Shown here in pieces: positions 22,342 through 32,941 of a DNA stretch of 64,000 nt (positions are counted from its first letter, which is position 1; each line of letters begins with the position of its first letter). Made by a program: the position numbers and the translations under genes. The stretch covers positions 3,562 through 67,561 of the forward strand of contig CAZHRF010000001.1 of the NCBI GenBank assembly GCA_964534625.1, in the 5' to 3' direction. Source of the DNA: an uncultured archaeon. GTDB taxonomy: Archaea > Asgardarchaeota > Heimdallarchaeia > Heimdallarchaeales > Heimdallarchaeaceae. Below the pieces are notes generated by a model. That model saw only the letters and a list, made by a program, of their open reading frames with translations. It had not been told where the DNA came from and did not search any database.

Positions 22342-22434
22342 TTATTGTGATTACTTTCGACCATTGAATCTTTTCGAAACTTTTAAATTATAACTGAATA
22401 CGATTGATTTAACTACAATAGATATAAAAATGTT

Positions 22435-22520
22435 GCCAGGATAGCCAAGCGGACTAAGGCGCTGGTCTTGAAAACCAGTTTTCTTTGAAAGCCGGGGTTC
22501 AAATCCCCGTCCTGGCTCCA
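22435..22520 (+). tRNA. tRNA-Ser(UGA), CCA encoded
   Basis: Acceptor stem GCCAGGA/TCCTGGC, anticodon arm CTGGT-CTTGAAA-ACCAG, a long variable arm and T-loop TTCAAAT. Confidence 0.9.
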
Positions 22521-22552
22521 GTTCTATCTAAATATATAAGGAACTTATTCTT

Positions 22553-24637
22553 ATGATTGATCTACCAACATTTTACACAATAGGTATATCAGAAAAACCT
22601 CAAGCTGCAAGAAGGATTGCTTGGGCTTTGGATGAAAAAAATGATCCTCAGTTTTATCGTCTTAATGGTGTTCCAATCTATCAATGTGAGAGAGGAGGAA
22701 GAATAATTATTATCGTTCCTGCTGTTGGTCATCTATTCACTCTTGATCAAATTGGGAAAACATGGAACTATCCAATCTTGGATTATGAATGGCTTCCTAC
22801 TTATAAAAAATCTTCAAAATCTTATACAAAAAAATTCGTTGAAGTTTTTAAATTATTAGCTGAAGAAGCTAATGATGCAATAGTAATGACTGACTATGAT
22901 AGGGAGGGTGAAGTAATTGGATACTTGATTTTAAAATATCTTCTTAAGAAAAAAGTTGCGGAAAGAATGAAATTTTCAACTTTAACTAAACGCGATATAA
23001 TAGATGCATATAAGAAAAAAGATCCATATTTAAACAAAGGACTATTAAATTCAGGGCTCATTAGACATTATGTAGATTGGCTTTTTGGCATAAATTATAC
23101 AACAGCATTGAGTACATCACTAAAAAAAACCACAGATAAGTTTAAAACCATTTCAATCGGTCGCGTTCAAGGTCCAACTTTAGGGTTCGTTATTGATAAA
23201 GAGGAAGAAATTAATTTGTTTATGCCTACTCCTTATTGGAGGATTCATTCATCAGTACTTATTGATGGTGAGACCTATGAACCCATATATGAAAAAAAAG
23301 AAATAGAAACTAAAAATGCAGCGAATGAAATAGTAAATGATTGCTTCAGATTGAAAGGTGTTGTTAATGAAATTACTGAAAAAAAGAATGTTCTCTATCC
23401 TTTCCCTCCTTATAATCTTAGCCACTTACAACGTGATGCGTATTTTTATCTTAAATACTCGCCAAGTAAAACTCTTGAATTAGCAGAAAAACTATATCTA
23501 AAAGCATTAATATCTTATCCTAGAACTGATAGTCAAAAATTACCTATGAAACTAGGTCATAAAAAAATCTTAATAAAACTAAAAACGCAAAACGAATATT
23601 CAGATTTTATCTCGGAAATTTTAAAACGAAAAAAATTCAAGCCAATAGAAGGAAAAAAAACTGATGCTGCGCATCCCGCTATTCATCCAACTGGGAAAAA
23701 ACCTAGTGCTACCCTATCTGAAGAAGAGAAGAAAATATATGACATGATTATTAAAAAATATCTCTCTTTATTTGGTCCAAAGGCGATTCAAAGGGTAGTA
23801 AACTTCGAAATTATGATAGATTTTCATAAGTTTTCAATTGAAGGTAAAAAAATTACCACTAAAGGTTGGATAAAATATGCAACACCTTATGTTTTCTATA
23901 CTGATACACCTATTCCCAATTTGGAACTAAAACAGATTATAAAATTTGATCTTATAGAAAGTAAAGAAGAGTTTTCTGAACCACCCAGACGGTATAATGA
24001 ATCTTCTCTTCTTCAAGAGATGGAAGCGAATGGACTTGGAACTAAAGCAACAAGAGCTTCTATTATTGAAACTTTATTTAAAAGGGGCTACATAGGAGGA
24101 GGTATTATTACTCCTACTGAATTGGGTATTGCAGTTGTTGATGTTCTTAAAATACATTATTCTATTATAGTGCAGACAAAAATGACAAAGAAGTTAGAAA
24201 CATTGATGGAAGACATTAAAAACCGAGAAACAAATGTAGAAGAAGAAATATTAAGGATCAAGCAGGATTTGTTTAAAGATCTAAAATCCTTTCATGATAA
24301 AGAAACAGAAATTGGACTTTCACTCTATGAAAATATTAGAGAACTTGAGGAACATGACATTATTATCTTAGGTCAATGTCCAAGATGTAAAACTGGTAAT
24401 TTAAGAGTTTTAAAATCTAAAAAGTCTGGAAAGTTATTCGTAGGTTGTAGTTCTTATTATGAATCAGATATTAAGTGTGAACTAACTTTTCCAGTACCTT
24501 ATGGAACAAATTTCAAACCCACTAATGAAATTTGTCCTCATGATAATTTACCATTAATCGAAAAGAGAAATAATGGAAATAAAAAGTTAGTATGTATCTC
24601 TCCTGATTGTGATTATTGTATTGATAGGAGTGATTAA
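22553..24637 (+). CDS. topA: DNA topoisomerase IA
   Basis: 694 aa with the Toprim motif DYDREGE, the active-site Tyr context ISYPRTDSQ and C-terminal CxxC zinc-ribbon repeats. Confidence 0.85.
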   Translation: MIDLPTFYTIGISEKPQAARRIAWALDEKNDPQFYRLNGVPIYQCERGGRIIIIVPAVGHLFTLDQIGKTWNYPILDYEWLPTYKKSSKSYTKKFVEVFKLLAEEANDAIVMTDYDREGEVIGYLILKYLLKKKVAERMKFSTLTKRDIIDAYKKKDPYLNKGLLNSGLIRHYVDWLFGINYTTALSTSLKKTTDKFKTISIGRVQGPTLGFVIDKEEEINLFMPTPYWRIHSSVLIDGETYEPIYEKKEIETKNAANEIVNDCFRLKGVVNEITEKKNVLYPFPPYNLSHLQRDAYFYLKYSPSKTLELAEKLYLKALISYPRTDSQKLPMKLGHKKILIKLKTQNEYSDFISEILKRKKFKPIEGKKTDAAHPAIHPTGKKPSATLSEEEKKIYDMIIKKYLSLFGPKAIQRVVNFEIMIDFHKFSIEGKKITTKGWIKYATPYVFYTDTPIPNLELKQIIKFDLIESKEEFSEPPRRYNESSLLQEMEANGLGTKATRASIIETLFKRGYIGGGIITPTELGIAVVDVLKIHYSIIVQTKMTKKLETLMEDIKNRETNVEEEILRIKQDLFKDLKSFHDKETEIGLSLYENIRELEEHDIIILGQCPRCKTGNLRVLKSKKSGKLFVGCSSYYESDIKCELTFPVPYGTNFKPTNEICPHDNLPLIEKRNNGNKKLVCISPDCDYCIDRSD

Positions 24638-24638
24638 G

Positions 24639-24884
24639 ATGACGGAACTAGAAAAAAGAAAAAGATGTGTTATCTGTAATAGAAGAAAACTTAACCATTC
24701 AATATATTGTATTAAGCATTTTGATGCAAAAAAGATTTTGATGAAATATTATGAGCAATGGCAAAGAGCTTATGGAGTTTTATCTTGGGAATCTTATATT
24801 CAAAAAGTGCTAAAAATTGAAGATAAAGTAGGTATTTGGATAATAGAAGTTATCAAACACGAATTATATTTCAAACCATCGTAA
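24639..24884 (+). CDS. hypothetical small protein
   Basis: 81 aa from the ATG at 24639, which lies 1 nt after the topA stop. It has an N-terminal CVICN...C..H motif. I recognised no family. Confidence 0.35.
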   Translation: MTELEKRKRCVICNRRKLNHSIYCIKHFDAKKILMKYYEQWQRAYGVLSWESYIQKVLKIEDKVGIWIIEVIKHELYFKPS

Positions 24885-25230
24885 TATCTAAAACGTTTAT
24901 TAAAAAGTAATTATTGCGTATAAAATCATAATCAGACAACACATAGGGAAACAAGATAAAAGGCAAAAAGTAGTACGAAATACTAATGGTTGATATTGTA
25001 AAGTATAGATTTTGGTGAAAATTTAGTACTTGCGAAATAGTGCTTTACTTGTATAATTTATGTGGTAGAATACGCTAAATACACTTTAAATGGATAGAAC
25101 ATTGAATATTTTCTTCATTTGGAAGTACTAAAATATAACTATACAAGAAATTGAACCAATTGCTCGAGATCACATTAATTTTTACTATAAATTAATGTGA
25201 TATATTTACTCTAGATCCTTCCTTAATAAT

Positions 25231-25500
25231 CTAAGAGAAAAGTGCAGTATGTATTTGATCCAATTCTGGTATTCCTTCAAGCATTACATCACCAACAATA
25301 ATTGTTGGTAGTGATTTTATTGATTTTACTCTAGTATTATGTTTTTGTTTTTTTTTATCTATGTGAATACTAGTATAAGTAAATAACCCTTTATACTGTT
25401 CAATAGCTTCTCTTAATCGTTCTTCTGCTAAAGTACAATATGGGCATTCACTTGAAGTATATAAAATGATTTTTTTCATTTTTTGTTCATTTATTTTCAC
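25231..25500 (-). CDS. glutaredoxin/thioredoxin-fold protein
   Basis: 89 aa with the active-site CPYC within ILYTSSECPYCTLAEERL. Confidence 0.6.
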   Translation of the reverse strand: MKINEQKMKKIILYTSSECPYCTLAEERLREAIEQYKGLFTYTSIHIDKKKQKHNTRVKSIKSLPTIIVGDVMLEGIPELDQIHTALFS

Positions 25501-25574
25501 TTAACGTTCCTTAAAAAAATCATCAATAAAAACTGGACTCAAAACTTTCTTTTTTGTGTTAGTTTAGACTTGAT

Positions 25575-25835
25575 TTATATCTTACATCTACATGGATTAA
25601 AATGGCATTTTGGACAGTTTTTATTATATTTTTCTGTTGTGACCATCTGTGTATCAATTTCAAGCAAATTTGCCAGACTTAGTGTCCATGCTATAACATC
25701 TGCAATCTCTTCTTCTATTTTTCTTCTGTCCTTTAGTAAAAGTGCTTCTGATAGTTCTCCAATCTCTTCAATAAGTTTTAAAAAAGTTTTATATAAGCCT
25801 CTGTTTTTATCTTTTTCATAAAATAATTCCATCAT
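25575..25835 (-). CDS. MazG-like nucleotide pyrophosphohydrolase domain protein
   Basis: 86 aa with an EEIGELSEAL...EEIADVIAWTLSLANLL pattern typical of small MazG/NTP-PPase proteins. The overlapping plus-strand ORF 25483..25821 is judged spurious. Confidence 0.55.
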   Translation of the reverse strand: MMELFYEKDKNRGLYKTFLKLIEEIGELSEALLLKDRRKIEEEIADVIAWTLSLANLLEIDTQMVTTEKYNKNCPKCHFNPCRCKI

Positions 25836-25888
25836 GAGTTTTTGTAAGTTTTTTATTTATCTCACCCTCTGTAAAAACTCTTAAAATG

Positions 25889-26077
25889 TTATTGAAATGT
25901 TATTGTGATATTACCTACAAACACAGCTATGATTAGTATAATGGCTGTAGCAACAACAAACCACGGACCTACTTTTACACCTGGTAAATCTTCGTCATAA
26001 TACCTCATGAGCCCAGCACCTGTTGCTGGCATTGGACTTGATTCTTTTTTCTTTGTTCTTCTCCTTGACTTACTCAT
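25889..26077 (-). CDS. Sec61-beta / archaeal SecG translocon subunit
   Basis: 62 aa with a basic N-terminus, the motif GAGLMRYYDED and a single C-terminal TM helix. Confidence 0.65.
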   Translation of the reverse strand: MSKSRRRTKKKESSPMPATGAGLMRYYDEDLPGVKVGPWFVVATAIILIIAVFVGNITITFQ

Positions 26078-26154
26078 TTTTAACCATGTTCATCCTTTGA
26101 ATATATATTTATATGGTTTTTCATAATCAATAAATTTTGTAAAAAAAATATTGT

Positions 26155-26231
26155 TGGCGATCCCGATGAGATTTGAACTCACGACCCCCAACTTAGAAGG
26201 CTGGTGCTCTATCCTGCTGAGCTACGGGATC
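26155..26231 (-). tRNA. tRNA-Arg(UCU), CCA encoded
   Basis: The reverse complement folds with acceptor GATCCCG/CGGGATC, D arm GCTC..GAGC, anticodon arm CCAGC-CTTCTAA-GTTGG and T-loop TTCAAAT. Confidence 0.9.
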
Positions 26232-26352
26232 TATTTTCTCTTTTAACTTTACTTCAATCTTTTTGATTGCTATATTAAACTTTTTGATTCTAGGCTACTA
26301 TTTTATTTCGAAAATTATATAATGATATGTTCTCTCTTCTTTTTGTATATTA

Positions 26353-27879
26353 ATGGATTCCTCTCAGATTTTAAAGAAATTATTCGCTGCTGGATATCAA
26401 CTGACACCAGAGGCTTATGAATTTCTTGTATCGTTATCTTCTAAAAGAGTTATTATCGAAAGAATAATTAAATCTAAATCAGATTCTTTTTTACTAACAA
26501 TAGACGAAATAAATAGTTTTAGAGAACAGGCAATAGATGAAAGTAATTCTAAAAAAAAGAATATTCTTGAAACAGAACAATCTCCGTTTAGCGAAGATAA
26601 AAAAACAAATCAATTCTCCAATTTGATATCAAATAAACAAGAAATAAATATTGAAATAATTTATTCACCAAATGCAGTTCCACCACCTCCTTCTACAACA
26701 AGTTTCCAAAAATATTTTACAAGTCGATATTTGCAAGTATCATCATTATTTAAAGGAAGAAAAGATATTACAAACATTGTTGGATCTTCAAGCTTATTAA
26801 ATAAAATCAAGATAAACTCTATGTCTTTTATTGGTCTGATTAAATCAAAGACATTCACTCGGAAGGGATCTTTTATTCTTGAAATAGAAGATTTGGAAGG
26901 TTCGATTAAGGCATTGATTCCTTCTTCAAAACCTGATCTAATTCAACAATCCCATTATATCCTAAATGATTCGGTTCTCTGTTTTAAAGGTACCTGGTCT
27001 AAAGATATCTTGTTTGTGAATGAAATTAATTGGCCTGATATACCCTATACTCACAAACCCAATCGTTCTGATATTGATGTTTGTGCACTTTTTCTTTCTG
27101 ACATACACATTGGTTCAAAGCAGTTTTCAAATGTTCTTTTTCAAAAAGTAATTGATTTCGTCAATGGAAAACTAAAAGATTCACAATATAGATCTGTAGG
27201 TGAAAAAATAAAATATATTTTTATTGCAGGTGATTTAGTTGAAGGTGTAGGTGTGTATCCAGGTCAAGAAAATGATTTAGTAGTAGATAATATTCATATG
27301 CAATATTTTTTGGCGAGTGAATTTATAGAGAAAATCAGATCTGACATAGAAATTTTTGTTATACCGGGAAACCACGATGGTGCAAGATTTGCTGAACCCC
27401 AAACACCTATCTTGAGAGATTATGCTAATGAATTATATGAGTTGAAGAATGTACGTCTTTTAGGCAGTCCAGCTTATATTAAAGTTTCAGGAGTTGAAAT
27501 TCTTATGAACCATGGAAATTCCATAATAGATATTAATGCTGCTATACCCAATATTAACCATGCAAGTTCAGTTCCTGCGATGGTTGAAATATTGCGCAAT
27601 AGACATTTGGTTCCTATATATGGCCAAAGAACCCCAATTGCACCAGAAGCTGAGGATTCCTTATTCTTATCCCGAATACCTGATGTTTTTCATACAGGAC
27701 ATACTCATTTAGCTGCAGATGGGTATTATAAGGGAATAACTCTGATAAATTCGGGAACATTTCAACTACAAACAGATTATCAAAAAAGTATGAATATAAA
27801 TCCAAATACGGGTATTTCATACATTATGAACTTAAAGACCCTCCAACGGACACGAATCGATTTTAACCAAATTATGTAA
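26353..27879 (+). CDS. DNA polymerase D small (DP1, exonuclease) subunit
   Basis: 508 aa with calcineurin-like phosphoesterase motifs (LSDIHIGS, IAGDLVEG, GNHD, GHTH) and a DP1-like N-terminal helical region. Confidence 0.8.
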   Translation: MDSSQILKKLFAAGYQLTPEAYEFLVSLSSKRVIIERIIKSKSDSFLLTIDEINSFREQAIDESNSKKKNILETEQSPFSEDKKTNQFSNLISNKQEINIEIIYSPNAVPPPPSTTSFQKYFTSRYLQVSSLFKGRKDITNIVGSSSLLNKIKINSMSFIGLIKSKTFTRKGSFILEIEDLEGSIKALIPSSKPDLIQQSHYILNDSVLCFKGTWSKDILFVNEINWPDIPYTHKPNRSDIDVCALFLSDIHIGSKQFSNVLFQKVIDFVNGKLKDSQYRSVGEKIKYIFIAGDLVEGVGVYPGQENDLVVDNIHMQYFLASEFIEKIRSDIEIFVIPGNHDGARFAEPQTPILRDYANELYELKNVRLLGSPAYIKVSGVEILMNHGNSIIDINAAIPNINHASSVPAMVEILRNRHLVPIYGQRTPIAPEAEDSLFLSRIPDVFHTGHTHLAADGYYKGITLINSGTFQLQTDYQKSMNINPNTGISYIMNLKTLQRTRIDFNQIM

Positions 27880-27928
27880 AATATCAACCCACAAAAAATA
27901 AATAATAAGTGTATAATATTTAACTAAG

Positions 27929-28351
27929 ATGAGACTTGAAAGAAAAATAGCAATAGCTTTAGCAAAAGAGTTGAAACGCATAACACAAAAAGCAAAATTA
28001 GAAGCATTGGCTGTTTTAACCGCAACAGGAGATAGAATTGCTTTTTATGCTGGTGACAAACGTGCTAATTCAACGGAACTCTCGGCAATAGGTGCTGCAT
28101 TGGTTGCAGCAGCTCGTTTGGCATTAGAACGCTTAAATTTTTCACCTATTAATGATGTGATGGTTAGAGGTAAAAAGGGCTTTTTGATTTTGAAATCAAT
28201 TGGTGACTTTCACTTGGTTGGTGGAACCAGTGACATTGAAGAGTTCAAATCGGCCATCTCTGTTCTATCACAACACGCACCAAAAATTGCAGATATCCTA
28301 ACATATGTGAATATTGATGAAGATGGTGGAATTATTGTTGATACAGATTAA
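27929..28351 (+). CDS. Roadblock/LC7 (MglB-like) domain protein
   Basis: 140 aa with the pattern LEALAVLTATGDRIAF...LSAIGAAL...GFLILKSIGDFHLVG, characteristic of the Roadblock/LC7 fold. Confidence 0.55.
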   Translation: MRLERKIAIALAKELKRITQKAKLEALAVLTATGDRIAFYAGDKRANSTELSAIGAALVAAARLALERLNFSPINDVMVRGKKGFLILKSIGDFHLVGGTSDIEEFKSAISVLSQHAPKIADILTYVNIDEDGGIIVDTD

Positions 28352-28355
28352 GTCT

Positions 28356-28375
28356 AAAGGCTACTTTTAGCCTTT
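28356..28375 (+). terminator. hairpin directly after the Roadblock gene
   Basis: AAAGGCTA-CTTT-TAGCCTTT is an 8-bp stem. Function is assumed only. Confidence 0.2.
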
Positions 28376-28554
28376 TATGTATGTTGTTCTTCTATTATGA
28401 TAAGTTTTGGATATTATCAGAATTACATTCTAGATTGTACTAAAAACGTTTTTTGTATTTTCTTTCCATAAGTAATCTTTTTAAATATCCGTAATTAGAC
28501 ATCACTAAAGTAAAATCTATTATATTAGGATAGATTACAATAGGTGAATGATGC

Positions 28555-30813
28555 GTGTCTGGTAGAACTGAAATGTCTGGTATATTCGGTAACTTTTGGG
28601 AAAAAGTCGTTGATCATTTTGAAGACTATGAAATTGATAAAGAATTTTTATTACACAAACTTGCTCTAATTTGTATACTAACTGCAGGTATCATTATTCG
28701 ACTTTTTTCTTTAATCAAGGGTTATGATATTATTATTAAAGCATTTGATCCCTATGTTCAATTTATAAGTGCCAACTATATTGAACGGAATGGTTTTATA
28801 GATTTTGTTCATTGGGTAAAAAATGATTCTTGGTATCCTTTTGGGTTCCATATAGGTAGGGAATTGTATTGGGGCGTACCTATTAGTGCTATTGTTCTCC
28901 ATTGGTTTCTTAATCTTCTTACTTTTAATGTAACAATGCAACAAGTTGCATATTTTATTCCCGTTATTTATGGTGGATTAACAATTATTGCCTCTTATTA
29001 TTTGGGAAAAGAAACGATCAGTTCGAGAGCTGGACTGTTGACTGCACTATTTATGTCTATACTTCCCTCTTATGCCTCCCGTAGTGTAGCTGGCTTTTTT
29101 GATAATGAATATATTGGAATACTTTTTGTTGTATTGTCTTTATACTTCTTTTTGCGTGCCCTAAAAAGAGATGATACCTTATCAGCATTTTTAGCTGGCA
29201 TATGCTTAGCTGTGCTTATGGGCAGTTGGGGTGCATATAGATATGTGCTTGATTTACTGCCTCTTTGTGTGTTGTTCTTACTTTTATCGAGAAAAGTGAC
29301 TTATAATCTAATAAAAACTTATACTATTACTAATTTTGTTGCTATAAGTTTGGGATTTATTGTTAAAAGAGTTATTATGAATAAATTCTTTGGTATAGAA
29401 GTAATGATACCCATTTTAATGATAGCTTTGTTAATCTTTGTTGGGATAATACAAAATATATCAAGAAGTTTGCCTGAAAAAACATTCAAACAAGTACTTC
29501 TGATAGGGGCAATAAGTTCAATTTTATTACTTAGTATCATTGTGGGTGTGTTACTTTCTGTTGGTATATTTGATAACATAGCTGCCAAATTCTGGGCTGT
29601 GATTATTCCACGGGGTAGGGTAGATATACCTATTATTAATTCAGTGAGTGAGCACCAACCTATGCCTTGGGGTTCACTATTCAGAAACTTCCACATACTA
29701 ACATTTTTCATGCCGTTAGGGATATATTATTGTTTAAAAAAGCCAACTGATGTTAATATATTTATTCTAGTTTTTGGTGTTTCTGCTATCTATTTCACTG
29801 GATCTATGATACGGTTGGTCTTACTTTTAGCACCCGCTGCATCATTATTAAGTGCATTAGCTATAGATAGGATACTATACCCTTATTCGTTGAGTGCTCA
29901 TGGAAAAATAGCTTTAACTCGAAGGAAAGTACGTATTTCCAAATCAATAGGGCGGGATGAAGCAATGATTGCCTATATTGTGATATCCTTACTCTTGTTG
30001 ACTTTTGTCTTCCACTGTGTAAAAATCTCTGAAGGTTATGCTGCACCGGAGATGGCACCGCCGTCACCATATGGGAATTCTGTACCTATGACTGATTGGC
30101 AAGATGCATTAGCTTGGTTAAGAGAAAATGCTCAAGGACCTGGTGTTATTCCTAATAGCCCTTCTGTTGTTTTGAGTTGGTGGGATTATGGTTATTGGAT
30201 AACCAATTATGGTAATGCTACTACTCTAGTAGATAATGCTACGACAAACAAAACGCAGATTGGTACTGTGGGTACTATGCTTATGTGGAACCTCACCGAA
30301 TCTATACGGTTAATGTATAGATATAATGTCAAATACGTGTTGGTCAATAGTCAAGCTGGTGTTACTTGGTTGGGTTCTGATCTAGGAAAATCTGCTTGGT
30401 GTATCCGTATTGCAGAAGCCGATGTCCCTCATTATGGGATTAAAGAATCTGATTACATTGTAGAAGAAAGTGATGGGAGGCGCATTTATGCGAAACCTTT
30501 CTATGAATCAGTTCTATATAGATTATCGGCATATGACAAAGACACTGGTTTTGCATTTGACGGGCAGTATGGGCCCACAGGCCAAAATGCTCCATCTATA
30601 TTTGCAAAAGCATCAGATTATCCTGTTAAAGATTTAAAAGGGCCTGATGGTCATATATACTTTACTGAGGTTTATAGAAGTTACGGATTGGGAACTGACT
30701 CCGCAGGTACAGGAAGAGCCTTTCCGGGTGTGCGTATTTATGAAGTTATTTATCCTCCAAATATAGCCCAATTAGCAGCTGAACTTGATATGTTATATCC
30801 TAAAAATGGATAA
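28555..30813 (+). CDS. aglB: oligosaccharyltransferase STT3/AglB
   Basis: 752 aa with a multi-TM N-terminal domain. The catalytic WWDYGYW motif is followed by a soluble C-terminal domain. Confidence 0.85.
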   Translation: MSGRTEMSGIFGNFWEKVVDHFEDYEIDKEFLLHKLALICILTAGIIIRLFSLIKGYDIIIKAFDPYVQFISANYIERNGFIDFVHWVKNDSWYPFGFHIGRELYWGVPISAIVLHWFLNLLTFNVTMQQVAYFIPVIYGGLTIIASYYLGKETISSRAGLLTALFMSILPSYASRSVAGFFDNEYIGILFVVLSLYFFLRALKRDDTLSAFLAGICLAVLMGSWGAYRYVLDLLPLCVLFLLLSRKVTYNLIKTYTITNFVAISLGFIVKRVIMNKFFGIEVMIPILMIALLIFVGIIQNISRSLPEKTFKQVLLIGAISSILLLSIIVGVLLSVGIFDNIAAKFWAVIIPRGRVDIPIINSVSEHQPMPWGSLFRNFHILTFFMPLGIYYCLKKPTDVNIFILVFGVSAIYFTGSMIRLVLLLAPAASLLSALAIDRILYPYSLSAHGKIALTRRKVRISKSIGRDEAMIAYIVISLLLLTFVFHCVKISEGYAAPEMAPPSPYGNSVPMTDWQDALAWLRENAQGPGVIPNSPSVVLSWWDYGYWITNYGNATTLVDNATTNKTQIGTVGTMLMWNLTESIRLMYRYNVKYVLVNSQAGVTWLGSDLGKSAWCIRIAEADVPHYGIKESDYIVEESDGRRIYAKPFYESVLYRLSAYDKDTGFAFDGQYGPTGQNAPSIFAKASDYPVKDLKGPDGHIYFTEVYRSYGLGTDSAGTGRAFPGVRIYEVIYPPNIAQLAAELDMLYPKNG

Positions 30814-31108
30814 ACTCTTTTCTTCTTATTTTTTCTATTTTTTATTGGAATATTTGAAGAGATGTTTTAGATTATTCTTATTTGTAATATAATCTTGGTA
30901 CTTTCGCTCCGTTAGTCTTTGTAGTCTTAGTACTATTTGTTACACTTTTTACATAAAGAATTGAAATTAATCAGAAATATAGAAGATATGTATGTGTTCA
31001 GTATAGAACCTCTCTTTCAATTAGTGTTCAAAGATGGGACTAATTTTAGTTAAGCTAATAGGTTGCTCTTTAATAGTAAAATTTTAATTGTTTTGATGAT
31101 GAAATAAA

Positions 31109-31879
31109 TTGAATAATATGACTAATTTTATCCATAAAATCATAAATCTATTTAAAACAGAGGAAACAAAATTTAAAACAGAAATGACAGAGAGACTAGA
31201 AAAAGAAAAACATATTAATTTAAAGACCGTCAATACAAAACTGCCCATAGATAACCGTATTTGTTTATTTCAAGAAATTGTGAAAAAAAGAAGAATTAAC
31301 GGTGTTTATCTTTCGAAACACTATCATTTCTTTTTAATGTCTGAAATGGATATTTCAAATATAAAAACAAAATTAAAAAGAGAAGGAAGAATAGAAATAA
31401 AAGATTTTTTCCAAAAGTGGAATGTAGACAAGAAAGTAATCGCTAGTTTACTAAACCAATTTGAGCGGGGAATTATGGGTAAGAGAGAATATTACGCTAT
31501 CTCTCACCTAGAGAATAGTTATTATTCAAAACTTAGGAACGTTGATGAATATGAACTTGAAAAACTAGAGGACGAAAACAAAGATTTGTCTATGGAACAA
31601 ATTCATAGCATCATAAATAACCTTATTGAGACAAAAAGATTAAAGGGCACTATACAAAGCAATTCAAAATATCTTAGTGGTTCTAAATTCAGAGAGATTA
31701 TGACCGAATATCTAGAAAAATTAGCAGAAAAATTTATTGAAATTTCTTTTAGTAAAATTAGCAGAGAACTAGAAATAAAAAAATCAGAAATTGAAACATT
31801 TCTGATTGAATATGTAAAAAAGAATCCCAGCAAAATTACTATATATCCCTTAGACCAAAAGATTATATTCAAAATATAA
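31109..31879 (+). CDS. hypothetical protein with winged-helix-like (PCI-like) C-terminal module
   Basis: 256 aa. The C-terminal ISFSKISRELEIKKSEIETFLIEYVKKNPSKITIYPLDQKIIFK resembles the WH part of PCI-type domains. This is weak, pattern-level evidence only. Confidence 0.35.
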   Translation: MNNMTNFIHKIINLFKTEETKFKTEMTERLEKEKHINLKTVNTKLPIDNRICLFQEIVKKRRINGVYLSKHYHFFLMSEMDISNIKTKLKREGRIEIKDFFQKWNVDKKVIASLLNQFERGIMGKREYYAISHLENSYYSKLRNVDEYELEKLEDENKDLSMEQIHSIINNLIETKRLKGTIQSNSKYLSGSKFREIMTEYLEKLAEKFIEISFSKISRELEIKKSEIETFLIEYVKKNPSKITIYPLDQKIIFKI

Positions 31880-32023
31880 GATAATAGGTACATATCTTTA
31901 ATAGAATAGATCTCTTTCTATCAAAAACCACTAAAATAAGATGGGATTTAGAAACGGATTAAAATTAATCTTGAAAAAGTGTTGAGTTTATTTACTAAAG
32001 TTGTTTTATTATAACAGATACAA

Positions 32024-32941
32024 ATGGAAAACAAAAAAAGAATTTCTTCAGGCATCACAGGTTTGGATGCCCTAATGTATGGAGGGCTAGTAAAAAATAC
32101 AGTTAACTCTATTGTGGGAGGCAGTGGAACAGGGAAAACAACATTTTGTTTATCATATATGCTTCAAGGATTACGCGAGGATGATCATATTCTATATCTG
32201 TCATTTGAAGAAACACCATCTAAATTGCTTGTTGAAGCAAAATCATTAGGAATAAACTTGGACAAATATGTATCAGATATAACTAATGTAATACACTTAG
32301 TGGAAAGCGAGAAAATTGTTGAATTCATTGTTGATATTTTACCTAGTTTAACAAAAAAGTTGAAAGACCAATATATCAAACATACAAGGATTATAATAGA
32401 TCCATTAACACCCGTTTTATGGGAATTTCCTTCAGAAAAAGATCAGAGAAAAGTATTAACAAAAGCATACCGGTATTTGAGTTCTTTAGGTACAGTCTTA
32501 CAAACTGTTGAAGAAGCCAACCCTTTCGGACAAGACAACATAGGAACAAGTGAAACTAGGGTCCCCATTTACCTATCAGATAGCGTAATCCAAATTCAGA
32601 ACTTAGGCTTTGGAGGTAAATATAGTAGAACATGCAAAGTCATAAAATCAAGACAAACTGCTCATTACGAAGGTATTTACTCAATGAATTTTGCGTATGG
32701 ATCCGGGATATCGATTGATGTAGAAACTAGAGATAATCACATCTCAAATGAAATAAATACGGAATATGAACGGATTTTGACAGTTCTTCAAACTTGGTCC
32801 AGAGCTAAGGATCCAAAAAAGAAACTAGTGTCTCAAATTGCAAATAATCTTTTAGATAAATCAAAGAGAACGGTTACTAATAAGGAAGTCGAGTTAGTCA
32901 AAACCTTAACGGATCCAAAAATACTGCAAGAGGTAAAATAA
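32024..32941 (+). CDS. KaiC/RecA-like single-domain ATPase
   Basis: 305 aa with GITGLDALMYGGLVKNTVNSIVGGSGTGKTTFCLSYMLQG (Walker A), Walker B-like RIIIDPL and a KaiC-like layout. Confidence 0.7.
   Translation: MENKKRISSGITGLDALMYGGLVKNTVNSIVGGSGTGKTTFCLSYMLQGLREDDHILYLSFEETPSKLLVEAKSLGINLDKYVSDITNVIHLVESEKIVEFIVDILPSLTKKLKDQYIKHTRIIIDPLTPVLWEFPSEKDQRKVLTKAYRYLSSLGTVLQTVEEANPFGQDNIGTSETRVPIYLSDSVIQIQNLGFGGKYSRTCKVIKSRQTAHYEGIYSMNFAYGSGISIDVETRDNHISNEINTEYERILTVLQTWSRAKDPKKKLVSQIANNLLDKSKRTVTNKEVELVKTLTDPKILQEVK

Noticed and set aside
30929-30944. AGTACTATTTGTTACA, resembling the reverse complement of the 19-bp tandem repeat unit at 11369..11406. Similar AGTAC...GAAATA strings occur at about 24990-25050.
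   Set aside because: Only about 10 contiguous matching bases are shared, in AT-rich sequence, which is within chance expectation. It is not treated as a repeat family.
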